DNA from: the human T2T-CHM13v2.0 reference genome, Homo sapiens
Reading direction: 5' to 3' (one strand)
DNA length: 64,000 nucleotides
Assembly (NCBI RefSeq): GCF_009914755.1
Contig: NC_060929.1
Shown here: positions 10,685-25,600 of the stretch, piece by piece
How the letters are laid out: every line of letters starts with the position of its first letter
Numbering within the stretch: the stretch's first letter is position 1
The notes under the pieces: generated by a model
What the model was told of the DNA's origin: nothing
Database searches by the model: none
Seen by the model: only the letters and a program-made list of their open reading frames with translations
Position numbers and translations under genes: made by a program

Positions 10685-13600
10685 GAAAAGGAAATATCTT
10701 CCTATAAAAACTAGACAGAATGATTCTCAGAAACTCCTTTGTGATGTGTGCGTTCAACTCACAGAGTTTAACCTTTCTTTTCATAGAGCAGTTAGGAAAC
10801 ACTCTGTTTGTAAAGTCTCCAAGTGGATATTCAGACCTCTTTGAGGCCTTCGTTGGAAACGGGTTTTTTTCATATAAGGCTAGACAGAAGAATTCCCAGT
10901 AACTTCCTTGTGTTGTGTGTGTTCAACTCACAGAGTTGAACTTTGATTTACACAGAGCAGATTTGAAACACTCTTTTTGTGGAATTTGCAAGTGGAGATT
11001 TCAAGCGCTTTGAGGCCAAAGGCAGAAAAGGAAATATCTTCGTATAAAAACTAGACAGAATCATTCTCAGAAACTGCTCTGCGATGTGTGCGTTCAACTC
11101 TCAGAGTTTAACTTTTCTTTTCATTCAGCAGTTTGGAAACACTCTGTTTGTAAAGTCTGCACGTGGATATTTTGACCACTTAGAGGCCTTCGTTGGAAAC
11201 GGGTTTTTTTCCTGTAAGGCTAGACAGAAGAATTCCCAGTAACTTCCTTGTGTTGTGTACATTCAACTCACAGAGTTGAACGTTCCCTTAGACAGAGCAG
11301 ATTTGAAACACTCTTTTTGTGCAATTGGCAAGTGGAGATTTCAAGCGCTTTAAGGTCAATGGCAGAAAAGGAAATATCTTCGTTTCAAAACTAGACAGAA
11401 TCATTCCCACAAACTGCGTTGTGATGTGTTCGTTCATCTCACAGAGTTTAACCTTTCTTTTCGTAGAGCAGTTAGGAAACAGTCTGTTTGTAAATTCTGT
11501 AAGTGGATATTCTGACATCTTGTGGCCTTCGTTGGAAACGGGATTTCTTCATATTCTGCTAGACAGAAGAATTCTCAGAATCTTCCTTGTGTTGTGTGTA
11601 TTCAACTCACACAGTTGAACGATTGTTTACACAGAGCAGATTTGAAACACTCTTTCTGTGGAATTTGCAAGTGGAGATTTCAGCCGCTTTGAGGTCAATG
11701 GTAGAAAAGGAAATATCTTCGTATAAAAACTAGACAGAATGATTCTCAGAAACTTCTTTGTGATGTGTGCGTTCAACTCACAGAGTTTAACCTTTCTTTT
11801 CATGGAGCAGTTAGGAAACACTCTGTTTGTAAACTCTGCAAGTGGATATTCAGACCTCTTTGAGGCCTTCGTTGGAAACGGGATTTCTTCATACTGTGTA
11901 GACAGAAGAATTCTCAGTAACTTCCTTGTGTTGTGTGTATTCAACTCACAGAGTTGAACGATCCTTTACACAGAGCAGACTTGAAACACTCTTTTTGTGG
12001 AATTTGCATGTGGAGATTTCAGCCGCGTTGAGGTCAATGGTAGAAAAGGAAATATCTTCGTATAAAAACTAGACAGAATGATTCTCAGAAACTCCTTTGT
12101 GATGTGTGTGTTCAACTCACAGAGTTTAACATTTCTTTTCATAGAGCAGTTAGGAAACACTCTGTTTGTAAAGTCTGCAAGTGGATATTCAGACCTCTTT
12201 GAGGCCTTCGTTGGAAACGGGTTTTTTTCATATAAGGCTAGACAGAAGAATTCCCAGTAACTTCCTTGTGTTGTGTGTGTTCAACTCACAGAGTTGAACT
12301 TTCATTTACACAGAGCAGATTTGAAACACTCTTTTTGTGGAATTTGCAAGTGGAGATTTCAAGCGCTTTGAGGCCAAAGGCAGAAAAGGAAATATCTTCG
12401 TATAAAAACTAGACAGAATCATTCTCAGAAACTGCTCTGCGATGTGTGCCTTCAACTCTCAGAGTTTAACTTTTCTTTTCATTCAGCAGTTTGGAAACAC
12501 TCTGTTTGTAAAGTCTGCACGTGGATAATTTGACCACTTAGAGGCCTTCGTTGGAAACGGGTTTTTTTCATGTAAGGCTAGACAGAAGAATTCTCAGTAA
12601 CTTCCTTGTGTTGTGTGTATTCAACTCACAGAGTTGAACGATCCTTTACACAGAGCAGACTTGTAACACTCTTTTTGTGGAATTTGCAAGTGGAGATTTC
12701 AGCCGCTTTGAAGTCAAAGGTAGAAAAGGAAATATCTTCCTATAAAAACTAGACAGAATGATTCTCAGAAACTCCTTTGTGATGTGTGCGTTCAACTCAC
12801 AGAGTTTAACCTTTCTTTTCATAGAGCAGTTAGGAAACACTCTGCTTGTAAAGTCTGCAAGTGGATATTCAGCCCTCTTTGAGGCCATCGTTGGAAACGG
12901 GTTTTTTTCATATAAGGCTAGACAGAAGAATTCCCAGTAACTTCCTTGTGTTGTGTGTGTTCAACTCACAGAGTTGAACTTTGATTTACACAGAGCAGAT
13001 TTGAAACACTCTTTTTGTGGAATTTGCAAGTGGAGATTTCAAGCGCTTTGAGGCCAAAGGCAGAAAAGGAAATATCTTCGTATAAAAACTAGACAGAATC
13101 ATTCTCAGAAACTGCTCTGTGATGTGTGCGTTCAGCTCTCAGAGTTTAACTTTTCTTTTCATTCAGCAGTTTGGAAACACTCTGTTTGTAAAGTCTGCAC
13201 GTGGATATTTTGACCACTTAGAGGCCTTCGTTGGAAACGGGTTTTTTTCCTGTAAGGCTAGACAGAAGAATTCCCAGTAACTTCCTTGTGTTGTGTACAT
13301 TCAACTCACAGAGTTGAACGTTCCCTTAGACAGAGCAGATTTGAAACACTCTTTTTGTGCAATTGGCAAGTGGAGATTTCAAGCGCTTTGAGGTCAATGG
13401 CAGAAAAGGAAATATCTTCGTTTCAAAACTAGACAGAATCATTCCCACAAACTGCGTTGTGATGTGTTCGTTCATCTCACAGAGTTTAACCTTTCTTTTC
13501 GTAGAGCAGTTAGGAAACAGTCTGTTTGTAAATTCTGTAAGTGGATATTCTGACATCTTGTGGCCTTCGTTGGAAACGGGATTTCTTCATATTCTGCTAG

Positions 13601-16600
13601 ACAGAAGAATTCTCAGAATCTTCCTTGTGTTGTGTGTATTCAACTCACACAGTTGAACGATTGTTTACACAGAGCAGATTTGAAACACTCTTTTTGTGGA
13701 ATTTGCAAGTGGAGATTTCAGCCGCTTTGAGGTCAATGGTAGAAAAGGAAATATCTTCGTATAAAAACTAGACAGAATGATTCTCAGAAACTTCTTTGTG
13801 ATGTGTGCGTTCAACTCACAGAGTTTAACCTTTCTTTTCATAGAGCAGTTATGAAACACTCTGTTTGTAAACTCTGCAAGTGGATATTCAGACCTCTTTG
13901 AGGCCTTCGTTGGAAACGGGATTTCTTCATACTGTGCTAGACAGAAGAATTCTCAGTAACTTCCTTGTGTTGTGTGTATTCAACTCACAGAGTTGAACGA
14001 TCCTTTACACAGAGCAGACTTGAAACGCTCTTTTTGTGGAATTTGCAAGTGGAGATTTCAGCCGCGTTAAGGTCAATGGTAGAAAAGGAAATATCTTCGT
14101 ATAAAAACTAGACAGAATGATTCTCAGAAACTCCTTTGTGATGTGTGTGTTCAACTCACAGAGTTTAACCTTTCTTTTCATAGAGCAGTTAGGAATCACT
14201 CTGTTTGTAAAGTCTGCAAGTGGATATTCAGACCTCTTTGAGGCCTTCGTTGGAAACGGGTTTTTTTCATATAAGGCTAGACAGAAGAATTCCCAGTAAC
14301 TTCCTTGTGTTGTGTGTGTTCAACTCACAGAGTTGAACTTTCATTTACACAGAGCAGATTTGAAACACTCTTTTTGTGGAATTTGCAAATGGAGATTTCA
14401 AGCGCTTTGAGACCAAAGGCAGAAAAGGAAATATCTTCGTATAAAAACTAGACAGAATCATTCTCAGAAACTGCTCTGCGATGTGTGCGTTCAACTCTCA
14501 GAGTTTAACTTTGCTTTTCATTCAGCAGTTTGGAAACACTCTGTTTGTAAAGTCTGCACGTGGATAATTTGACCACTTAGAGGCCTTCGTTGGAAACGGG
14601 TTTTTTTCATGTAAGGCTAGACAGAAGAATTCTCAGTAACTTCCTTGTGTTGTGTGTATTCAACTCACAGAGTTGAACGATCCTTTACACAGAGCAGACT
14701 TGTAACACTCTTTTTGTGGAATTTGCAAGTGGAGATTTCAGCCGCTTTGAAGTCAAAGGTAGAAAAGGAAATATCTTCCTATAAAAACTAGACAGAATGA
14801 TTCTCAGAAACTCCTTTGTGATGTGTGCGTTCAACTCACAGAGTTTAACCTTTCTTTTCATAGAGCAGTTAGGAAACACTCTGTTTGTAAAGTCTCCAAG
14901 TGGATATTCAGACCTCTTTGAGGCCTTCGTTGGAAACGGGTTTTTTTCATATAAGGCTAGACAGAAGAATTCCCAGTAACTTCCTTGTGTTGTGTGTGTT
15001 CAACTCACAGAGTTGAACTTTGATTTACACAGAGCAGATTTGAAACACTCTTTTTGTGGAATTTGCAAGTGGAGATTTCAAGCGCTTTGAGGCCAAAGGC
15101 AGAAAAGGAAATATCTTCGTATAAAAACTAGACAGAATCATTCTCAGAAACTGCTCTGCGATGTGTGCGTTCAACTCTCAGAGTTTAACTTTTCTTTTCA
15201 TTCAGCAGTTTGGAAACACTCTGTTTGTAAAGTCTGCACGTGGATATTTTGACCACTTAGAGGCCTTCGTTGGAAACGGGTTTTTTTCCTGTAAGGCTAG
15301 ACAGAAGAATTCCCAGTAACTTCCTTGTGTTGTGTACATTCAACTCACAGAGTTGAACGTTCCCTTAGACAGAGCAGATTTGAAACACTCTTTTTGTGCA
15401 ATTGGCAAGTGGAGATTTCAAGCGCTTTAAGGTCAATGGCAGAAAAGGAAATATCTTCGTTTCAAAACTAGACAGAATCATTCCCACAAACTGCGTTGTG
15501 ATGTGTTCGTTCATCTCACAGAGTTTAACCTTTCTTTTCGTAGAGCAGTTAGGAAACAGTCTGTTTGTAAATTCTGTAAGTGGATATTCTGACATCTTGT
15601 GGCCTTCGTTGGAAACGGGATTTCTTCATATTCTGCTAGACAGAAGAATTCTCAGAATCTTCCTTGTGTTGTGTGTATTCAACTCACACAGTTGAACGAT
15701 TGTTTACACAGAGCAGATTTGAAACACTCTTTTTGTGGAATTTGCAAGTGGAGATTTCAGCCGCTTTGAGGTCAATGGTAGAAAAGGAAATATCTTCGTA
15801 TAAAAACTAGACAGAATGATTCTCAGAAACTTCTTTGTGATGTGTGCGTTCAACTCACAGAGTTTAACCTTTCTTTTCATAGAGCAGTTATGAAACACTC
15901 TGTTTGTAAACTCTGCAAGTGGATATTCAGACCTCTTTGAGGCCTTCGTTGGAAACGGGATTTCTTCATACTGTGCTAGACAGAAGAATTCTCAGTAACT
16001 TCCTTGTGTTGTGTGTATTCAACTCACAGAGTTGAACGATCCTTTACACAGAGCAGACTTGAAACACTCTTTTTGTGGAATTTGCAAGTGGAGATTTCAG
16101 CCGCGTTGAGGTCAATGGTAGAAAAGGAAATATCTTCGTATAAAAACTAGACAGAATGATTCTCAGAAACTCCTTTGTGATGTGTGTGTTCAACTCACAG
16201 AGTTTAACATTTCTTTTCATAGAGCAGTTAGGAAACACTCTGTTTGTAAAGTCTGCAAGTGGATATTCAGACCTCTTTGAGGCCTTCGTTGGAAACGGGT
16301 TTTTTTCATATAAGGCTAGACAGAAGAATTCCCAGTAACTTCCTTGTGTTGTGTGTGTTCAACTCACAGAGTTGAACTTTCGTTTACACAGAGCAGATTT
16401 GAAACACTCTTTTTGTGGAATTTGCAAATGGAGATTTCAAGCGCTTTGAGGCCAAAGGCAGAAAAGGAAATATCTTCGTATAAAAACTAGACAGAATCAT
16501 TCTCAGAAACTGCTCTGCGATGTGTGCGTTCAACTCTCAGAGTTTAACTTTTCTTTTCATTCAGCAGTTTGGAAACACTCTGTTTGTAAAGTCTGCACGT

Positions 16601-19600
16601 GGATAATTTGACCACTTAGAGGCCTTCGTTGGAAACGGGTTTTTTTCATGTAAGGCTAGACAGAAGAATTCTCAGTAACTTCCTTGTGTTGTGTGTATTC
16701 AACTCACACAGTTGAACGATCCTTTACACAGAGCAGACTTGTAACACTCTTTTTGTGGAATTTGCAAGTGGGGATTTCAGCCGCTTTGAAGTCAAAGGTA
16801 GAAAAGGAAATATCTTCCTATAAAAACTAGACAGAATGATTCTCAGAAACTCCTTTGTGATGTGTGCTTTCAACTCACAGAGTTTAACCTTTCTTTTCAT
16901 AGAGCAGTTAGGAAACACTCTGTTTGTAAAGTCTGCAAGTGGATATTCAGACCTCTTTGAGGCCTTCGTTGGAAACGGGTTTTTTTCATATAAGGCTAGA
17001 CAGAAGAATTCCCAGTAACTTCCTTGTGTTGTGTGTGTTCAACTCACAGAGTTGAACTTTCATTTACACAGAGCAGATTTGAAACACTCTTTTTGTGGAA
17101 TTTGCAAATGGAGATTTCAAGCGCTTTGAGGCCAAAGGCAGAAAAGGAAATATCTTCGTATAAAAACTAGACAGAATCATTCTCAGAAACTGCTCTGCGA
17201 TGTGTGCGTTCAACTCTCAGAGTTTAACTTTGCTTTTCATTCAGCAGTTTGGAAACACTCTGTTTGTAAAGTCTGCACGTGGATAATTTGACCACTTAGA
17301 GGCCTTCGTTGGAAACGGGTTTTTTTCATGTAAGGCTAGACAGAAGAATTCTCAGTAACTTCCTTGTGTTGTGTGTATTCAACTCACACAGTTGAACGAT
17401 CCTTTACACAGAGCAGACTTGTAACACTCTTTTTGTGGAATTTGCAAGTGGAGATTTCAGCCGCTTTGAAGTCAAAGGTAGAAAAGGAAATATCTTCCTA
17501 TAAAAACTAGACAGAATGATTCTCAGAAACTCCTTTGTGATGTGTGCGTTCAACTCACAGAGTTTAACCTTTCTTTTCATAGAGCAGTTAGGAAACACTC
17601 TGTTTGTAAAGTCTCCAAGTGGATATTCAGACCTCTTTGAGGCCTTCGTTGGAAACGGGTTTTTTTCATATAAGGCTAGACAGAAGAATTCCCAGTAACT
17701 TCCTTGTGTTGTGTGTGTTCAACTCACAGAGTTGAACTTTGATTTACACAGAGCAGATTTGAAACACTCTTTTTGTGGAATTTGCAAGTGGAGATTTCAA
17801 GCGCTTTGAGGCCAAAGGCAGAAAAGGAAATATCTTCGTATAAAAACTAGACAGAATCATTCTCAGAAACTGCTCTGCGATGTGTGCGTTCAACTCTCAG
17901 AGTTTAACTTTTCTTCTCATTCAGCAGTTTGGAAACACTCTGTTTGTAAAGTCTGCACGTGGATAATTTGACCACTTAGAGGCCTTCGTTGGAAACGGGT
18001 TTTTTTCATGTAAGGCTAGACAGAAGAATTCTCAGTAACTTCCTTGTGTTGTGTGTATTCAACTCACAGAGTTGAACGATCCTTTACACAGAGCAGACTT
18101 GTAACACTCTTTTTGTGGAATTTGCAAGTGGAGATTTCAGCCGCTTTGAAGTCAAAGGTAGAAAAGGAAATATCTTCCTATAAAAACTAGACAGAATGAT
18201 TCTCAGAAACTCCTTTGTGATGTGTGTGTTCAACTCACAGAGTTTAACCTTTCTTTTCATAGAGCCGTTAGGAATCACTCTGTTTGTAAAGTCTGCAAGT
18301 GGATATTCAGACCTCTTTGAGGCCTTCGTTGGAAACGGGTTTTTTTCATATAAGGCTAGACAGAAGAATTCCCAGTAACTTCCTTGTGTTGTGTGTGTTC
18401 AACTCACAGAGTTGAACTTTCATTTACACAGAGCAGATTTGAAACACTCTTTTTGTGGAATTTGCAAATGGAGATTTCAAGCGCTTTGAGGCCAAAGGCA
18501 GAAAAGGAAATATCTTTGTATAAAAACTAGACAGAATCATTCTCAGAAACTGCTCTGCGATGTGTGCGTTCAACTCTCAGAGTTTAACTTTGCTTTTCAT
18601 TCAGCAGTTTGGAAACACTCTGTTTGTAAAGTCTGCACGTGGATAATTTGACCACTTAGAGGCCTTCGTTGGAAACGGGTTTTTTTCATGTAAGGCTAGA
18701 CAGAAGAATTCTCAGTAACTTCCTTGTGTTGTGTGTATTCAACTCACACAGTTGAACGATCCTTTACACAGAGCAGACTTGTAACACTCTTTTTGTGGAA
18801 TTTGAAAGTGGAGATTTCAGCCGCTTTGAAGTCAAAGGTAGAAAAGGAAATATCTTCCTATAAAAACTAGACAGAATGATTCTCAGAAACTCCTTTGTGA
18901 TGTGTGTGTTCAACTCACAGAGTTTAACCTTTCTTTTCATAGAACAGTTAGGAATCACTCTGTTTGTAAAGTCTGCAAGTGGATATTCAGACCTCTTTGA
19001 GGCCTTCGTTGGAAACGGGTTTTTTTCATATAAGGCTAGACAGAAGAATTCCCAGTAACTTCCTTGTGTTGTGTGTGTTCAACTCACAGAGTTGAACTTT
19101 CATTTACACAGAGCAGATTTGAAACACTCTTTTTGTGGAATTTGCAAATGGAGATTTCAAGCGCTTTGAGGCCAAAGGCAGAAAAGGAAATATCTTTGTA
19201 TAAAAACTAGACAGAATCATTCTCAGAAACTGCTCTGCGATGTGTGCGTTCAACTCTCAGAGTTTAACTTTGCTTTTCATTCAGCAGTTTGGAAACACTC
19301 TGTTTGTAAAGTCTGCACGTGGATAATTTGACCACTTAGAGGCCTTCGTTGGAAACGGGTTTTTTTCATGTAAGGCTAGACAGAAGAATTCTCAGTAACT
19401 TCCTTGTGTTGTGTGTATTCAACTCACACAGTTGAACGATCCTTTACACAGAGCAGACTTGTAACACTCTTTTTGTGGAATTTGCAAGTGGAGATTTCAG
19501 CCGCTTTGAAGTCAAAGGTAGAAAAGGAAATATCTTCCTATAAAAACTAGACAGAATGATTCTCAGAAACTCCTTTGTGATGTGTGCGTTCAACTCACAG

Positions 19601-22600
19601 AGTTTAACCTTTCTTTTCATAGAGCAGTTAGGAAACACTCTGTTTGTAAAGTCTCCAAGTGGATATTCAGACCTCTTTGAGGCCTTCGTTGGAAACGGGT
19701 TTTTTTCATATAAGGCTAGACAGAAGAATTCCCAGTAACTTCCTTGTGTTGTGTGTGTTCAACTCACAGAGTTGAACTTTGATTTACACAGAGCAGATTT
19801 GAAACACTCTTTTTGTGGAATTTGCAAGTGGAGATTTCAAGCGCTTTGAGGCCAAAGGCAGAAAAGGAAATATCTTCGTATAAAAACTAGACAGAATCAT
19901 TCTCAGAAACTGCTCTGCGATGTGTGCGTTCAACTCTCAGAGTTTAACTTTTCTTTTCATTCAGCAGTTTGGAAACACTCTGTTTGTAAAGTCTGCACGT
20001 GGATATTTTGACCACTTAGAGGCCTTCGTTGGAAACGGGTTTTTTTCCTGTAAGGCTAGACAGAAGAATTCCCAGTAACTTCCTTGTGTTGTGTACATTC
20101 AACTCACAGAGTTGAACGTTCCCTTAGACAGAGCAGATTTGAAACACTCTTTTTGTGCAATTGGCAAGTGGAGATTTCAAGCGCTTTAAGGTCAATGGCA
20201 GAAAAGGAAATATCTTCGTTTCAAAACTAGACAGAATCATTCCCACAAACTGCGTTGTGATGTGTTCGTTCATCTCACAGAGTTTAACCTTTCTTTTCGT
20301 AGAGCAGTTAGGAAACAGTCTGTTTGTAAATTCTGTAAGTGGATATTCTGACATCTTGTGGCCTTCGTTGGAAACGGGATTTCTTCATATTCTGCTAGAC
20401 AGAAGAATTCTCAGAATCTTCCTTGTGTTGTGTGTATTCAACTCACACAGTTGAACGATTGTTTACACAGAGCAGATTTGAAACACTCTTTCTGTGGAAT
20501 TTGCAAGTGGAGATTTCAGCCGCTTTGAGGTCAATGGTAGAAAAGGAAATATCTTCGTATAAAAACTAGACAGAATGATTCTCAGAAACTTCTTTGTGAT
20601 GTGTGCGTTCAACTCACAGAGTTTAACCTTTCTTTTCATGGAGCAGTTAGGAAACACTCTGTTTGTAAACTCTGCAAGTGGATATTCAGACCTCTTTGAG
20701 GCCTTCGTTGGAAACGGGATTTCTTCATACTGTGTAGACAGAAGAATTCTCAGTAACTTCCTTGTGTTGTGTGTATTCAACTCACAGAGTTGAACGATCC
20801 TTTACACAGAGCAGACTTGAAACACTCTTTTTGTGGAATTTGCATGTGGAGATTTCAGCCGCGTTGAGGTCAATGGTAGAAAAGGAAATATCTTCGTATA
20901 AAAACTAGACAGAATGATTCTCAGAAACTCCTTTGTGATGTGTGTGTTCAACTCACAGAGTTTAACATTTCTTTTCATAGAGCAGTTAGGAAACACTCTG
21001 TTTGTAAAGTCTGCAAGTGGATATTCAGACCTCTTTGAGGCCTTCGTTGGAAACGGGTTTTTTTCATATAAGGCTAGACAGAAGAATTCCCAGTAACTTC
21101 CTTGTGTTGTGTGTGTTCAACTCACAGAGTTGAACTTTCATTTACACAGAGCAGATTTGAAACACTCTTTTTGTGGAATTTGCAAGTGGAGATTTCAAGC
21201 GCTTTGAGGCCAAAGGCAGAAAAGGAAATATCTTCGTATAAAAACTAGACAGAATCATTCTCAGAAACTGCTCTGCGATGTGTGCCTTCAACTCTCAGAG
21301 TTTAACTTTTCTTTTCATTCAGCAGTTTGGAAACACTCTGTTTGTAAAGTCTGCACGTGGATAATTTGACCACTTAGAGGCCTTCGTTGGAAACGGGTTT
21401 TTTTCATGTAAGGCTAGACAGAAGAATTCTCAGTAACTTCCTTGTGTTGTGTGTATTCAACTCACAGAGTTGAACGATCCTTTACACAGAGCAGACTTGT
21501 AACACTCTTTTTGTGGAATTTGCAAGTGGAGATTTCAGCCGCTTTGAAGTCAAAGGTAGAAAAGGAAATATCTTCCTATAAAAACTAGACAGAATGATTC
21601 TCAGAAACTCCTTTGTGATGTGTGCGTTCAACTCACAGAGTTTAACCTTTCTTTTCATAGAGCAGTTAGGAAACACTCTGCTTGTAAAGTCTGCAAGTGG
21701 ATATTCAGCCCTCTTTGAGGCCATCGTTGGAAACGGGTTTTTTTCATATAAGGCTAGACAGAAGAATTCCCAGTAACTTCCTTGTGTTGTGTGTGTTCAA
21801 CTCACAGAGTTGAACTTTGATTTACACAGAGCAGATTTGAAACACTCTTTTTGTGGAATTTGCAAGTGGAGATTTCAAGCGCTTTGAGGCCAAAGGCAGA
21901 AAAGGAAATATCTTCGTATAAAAACTAGACAGAATCATTCTCAGAAACTGCTCTGTGATGTGTGCGTTCAGCTCTCAGAGTTTAACTTTTCTTTTCATTC
22001 AGCAGTTTGGAAACACTCTGTTTGTAAAGTCTGCACGTGGATATTTTGACCACTTAGAGGCCTTCGTTGGAAACGGGTTTTTTTCCTGTAAGGCTAGACA
22101 GAAGAATTCCCAGTAACTTCCTTGTGTTGTGTACATTCAACTCACAGAGTTGAACGTTCCCTTAGACAGAGCAGATTTGAAACACTCTTTTTGTGCAATT
22201 GGCAAGTGGAGATTTCAAGCGCTTTGAGGTCAATGGCAGAAAAGGAAATATCTTCGTTTCAAAACTAGACAGAATCATTCCCACAAACTGCGTTGTGATG
22301 TGTTCGTTCATCTCACAGAGTTTAACCTTTCTTTTCGTAGAGCAGTTAGGAAACAGTCTGTTTGTAAATTCTGTAAGTGGATATTCTGACATCTTGTGGC
22401 CTTCGTTGGAAACGGGATTTCTTCATATTCTGCTAGACAGAAGAATTCTCAGAATCTTCCTTGTGTTGTGTGTATTCAACTCACACAGTTGAACGATTGT
22501 TTACACAGAGCAGATTTGAAACACTCTTTTTGTGGAATTTGCAAGTGGAGATTTCAGCCGCTTTGAGGTCAATGGTAGAAAAGGAAATATCTTCGTATAA

Positions 22601-25600
22601 AAACTAGACAGAATGATTCTCAGAAACTTCTTTGTGATGTGTGCGTTCAACTCACAGAGTTTAACCTTTCTTTTCATAGAGCAGTTATGAAACACTCTGT
22701 TTGTAAACTCTGCAAGTGGATATTCAGACCTCTTTGAGGCCTTCGTTGGAAACGGGATTTCTTCATACTGTGCTAGACAGAAGAATTCTCAGTAACTTCC
22801 TTGTGTTGTGTGTATTCAACTCACAGAGTTGAACGATCCTTTACACAGAGCAGACTTGAAACGCTCTTTTTGTGGAATTTGCAAGTGGAGATTTCAGCCG
22901 CGTTAAGGTCAATGGTAGAAAAGGAAATATCTTCGTATAAAAACTAGACAGAATGATTCTCAGAAACTCCTTTGTGATGTGTGTGTTCAACTCACAGAGT
23001 TTAACCTTTCTTTTCATAGAGCAGTTAGGAATCACTCTGTTTGTAAAGTCTGCAAGTGGATATTCAGACCTCTTTGAGGCCTTCGTTGGAAACGGGTTTT
23101 TTTCATATAAGGCTAGACAGAAGAATTCCCAGTAACTTCCTTGTGTTGTGTGTGTTCAACTCACAGAGTTGAACTTTCATTTACACAGAGCAGATTTGAA
23201 ACACTCTTTTTGTGGAATTTGCAAATGGAGATTTCAAGCGCTTTGAGACCAAAGGCAGAAAAGGAAATATCTTCGTATAAAAACTAGACAGAATCATTCT
23301 CAGAAACTGCTCTGCGATGTGTGCGTTCAACTCTCAGAGTTTAACTTTGCTTTTCATTCAGCAGTTTGGAAACACTCTGTTTGTAAAGTCTGCACGTGGA
23401 TAATTTGACCACTTAGAGGCCTTCGTTGGAAACGGGTTTTTTTCATGTAAGGCTAGACAGAAGAATTCTCAGTAACTTCCTTGTGTTGTGTGTATTCAAC
23501 TCACAGAGTTGAACGATCCTTTACACAGAGCAGACTTGTAACACTCTTTTTGTGGAATTTGCAAGTGGAGATTTCAGCCGCTTTGAAGTCAAAGGTAGAA
23601 AAGGAAATATCTTCCTATAAAAACTAGACAGAATGATTCTCAGAAACTCCTTTGTGATGTGTGCGTTCAACTCACAGAGTTTAACCTTTCTTTTCATAGA
23701 GCAGTTAGGAAACACTCTGTTTGTAAAGTCTCCAAGTGGATATTCAGACCTCTTTGAGGCCTTCGTTGGAAACGGGTTTTTTTCATATAAGGCTAGACAG
23801 AAGAATTCCCAGTAACTTCCTTGTGTTGTGTGTGTTCAACTCACAGAGTTGAACTTTGATTTACACAGAGCAGATTTGAAACACTCTTTTTGTGGAATTT
23901 GCAAGTGGAGATTTCAAGCGCTTTGAGGCCAAAGGCAGAAAAGGAAATATCTTCGTATAAAAACTAGACAGAATCATTCTCAGAAACTGCTCTGCGATGT
24001 GTGCGTTCAACTCTCAGAGTTTAACTTTTCTTTTCATTCAGCAGTTTGGAAACACTCTGTTTGTAAAGTCTGCACGTGGATATTTTGACCACTTAGAGGC
24101 CTTCGTTGGAAACGGGTTTTTTTCCTGTAAGGCTAGACAGAAGAATTCCCAGTAACTTCCTTGTGTTGTGTACATTCAACTCACAGAGTTGAACGTTCCC
24201 TTAGACAGAGCAGATTTGAAACACTCTTTTTGTGCAATTGGCAAGTGGAGATTTCAAGCGCTTTAAGGTCAATGGCAGAAAAGGAAATATCTTCGTTTCA
24301 AAACTAGACAGAATCATTCCCACAAACTGCGTTGTGATGTGTTCGTTCATCTCACAGAGTTTAACCTTTCTTTTCGTAGAGCAGTTAGGAAACAGTCTGT
24401 TTGTAAATTCTGTAAGTGGATATTCTGACATCTTGTGGCCTTCGTTGGAAACGGGATTTCTTCATATTCTGCTAGACAGAAGAATTCTCAGAATCTTCCT
24501 TGTGTTGTGTGTATTCAACTCACACAGTTGAACGATTGTTTACACAGAGCAGATTTGAAACACTCTTTTTGTGGAATTTGCAAGTGGAGATTTCAGCCGC
24601 TTTGAGGTCAATGGTAGAAAAGGAAATATCTTCGTATAAAAACTAGACAGAATGATTCTCAGAAACTTCTTTGTGATGTGTGCGTTCAACTCACAGAGTT
24701 TAACCTTTCTTTTCATAGAGCAGTTATGAAACACTCTGTTTGTAAACTCTGCAAGTGGATATTCAGACCTCTTTGAGGCCTTCGTTGGAAACGGGATTTC
24801 TTCATACTGTGCTAGACAGAAGAATTCTCAGTAACTTCCTTGTGTTGTGTGTATTCAACTCACAGAGTTGAACGATCCTTTACACAGAGCAGACTTGAAA
24901 CACTCTTTTTGTGGAATTTGCAAGTGGAGATTTCAGCCGCGTTGAGGTCAATGGTAGAAAAGGAAATATCTTCGTATAAAAACTAGACAGAATGATTCTC
25001 AGAAACTCCTTTGTGATGTGTGTGTTCAACTCACAGAGTTTAACATTTCTTTTCATAGAGCAGTTAGGAAACACTCTGTTTGTAAAGTCTGCAAGTGGAT
25101 ATTCAGACCTCTTTGAGGCCTTCGTTGGAAACGGGTTTTTTTCATATAAGGCTAGACAGAAGAATTCCCAGTAACTTCCTTGTGTTGTGTGTGTTCAACT
25201 CACAGAGTTGAACTTTCGTTTACACAGAGCAGATTTGAAACACTCTTTTTGTGGAATTTGCAAATGGAGATTTCAAGCGCTTTGAGGCCAAAGGCAGAAA
25301 AGGAAATATCTTCGTATAAAAACTAGACAGAATCATTCTCAGAAACTGCTCTGCGATGTGTGCGTTCAACTCTCAGAGTTTAACTTTTCTTTTCATTCAG
25401 CAGTTTGGAAACACTCTGTTTGTAAAGTCTGCACGTGGATAATTTGACCACTTAGAGGCCTTCGTTGGAAACGGGTTTTTTTCATGTAAGGCTAGACAGA
25501 AGAATTCTCAGTAACTTCCTTGTGTTGTGTGTATTCAACTCACACAGTTGAACGATCCTTTACACAGAGCAGACTTGTAACACTCTTTTTGTGGAATTTG

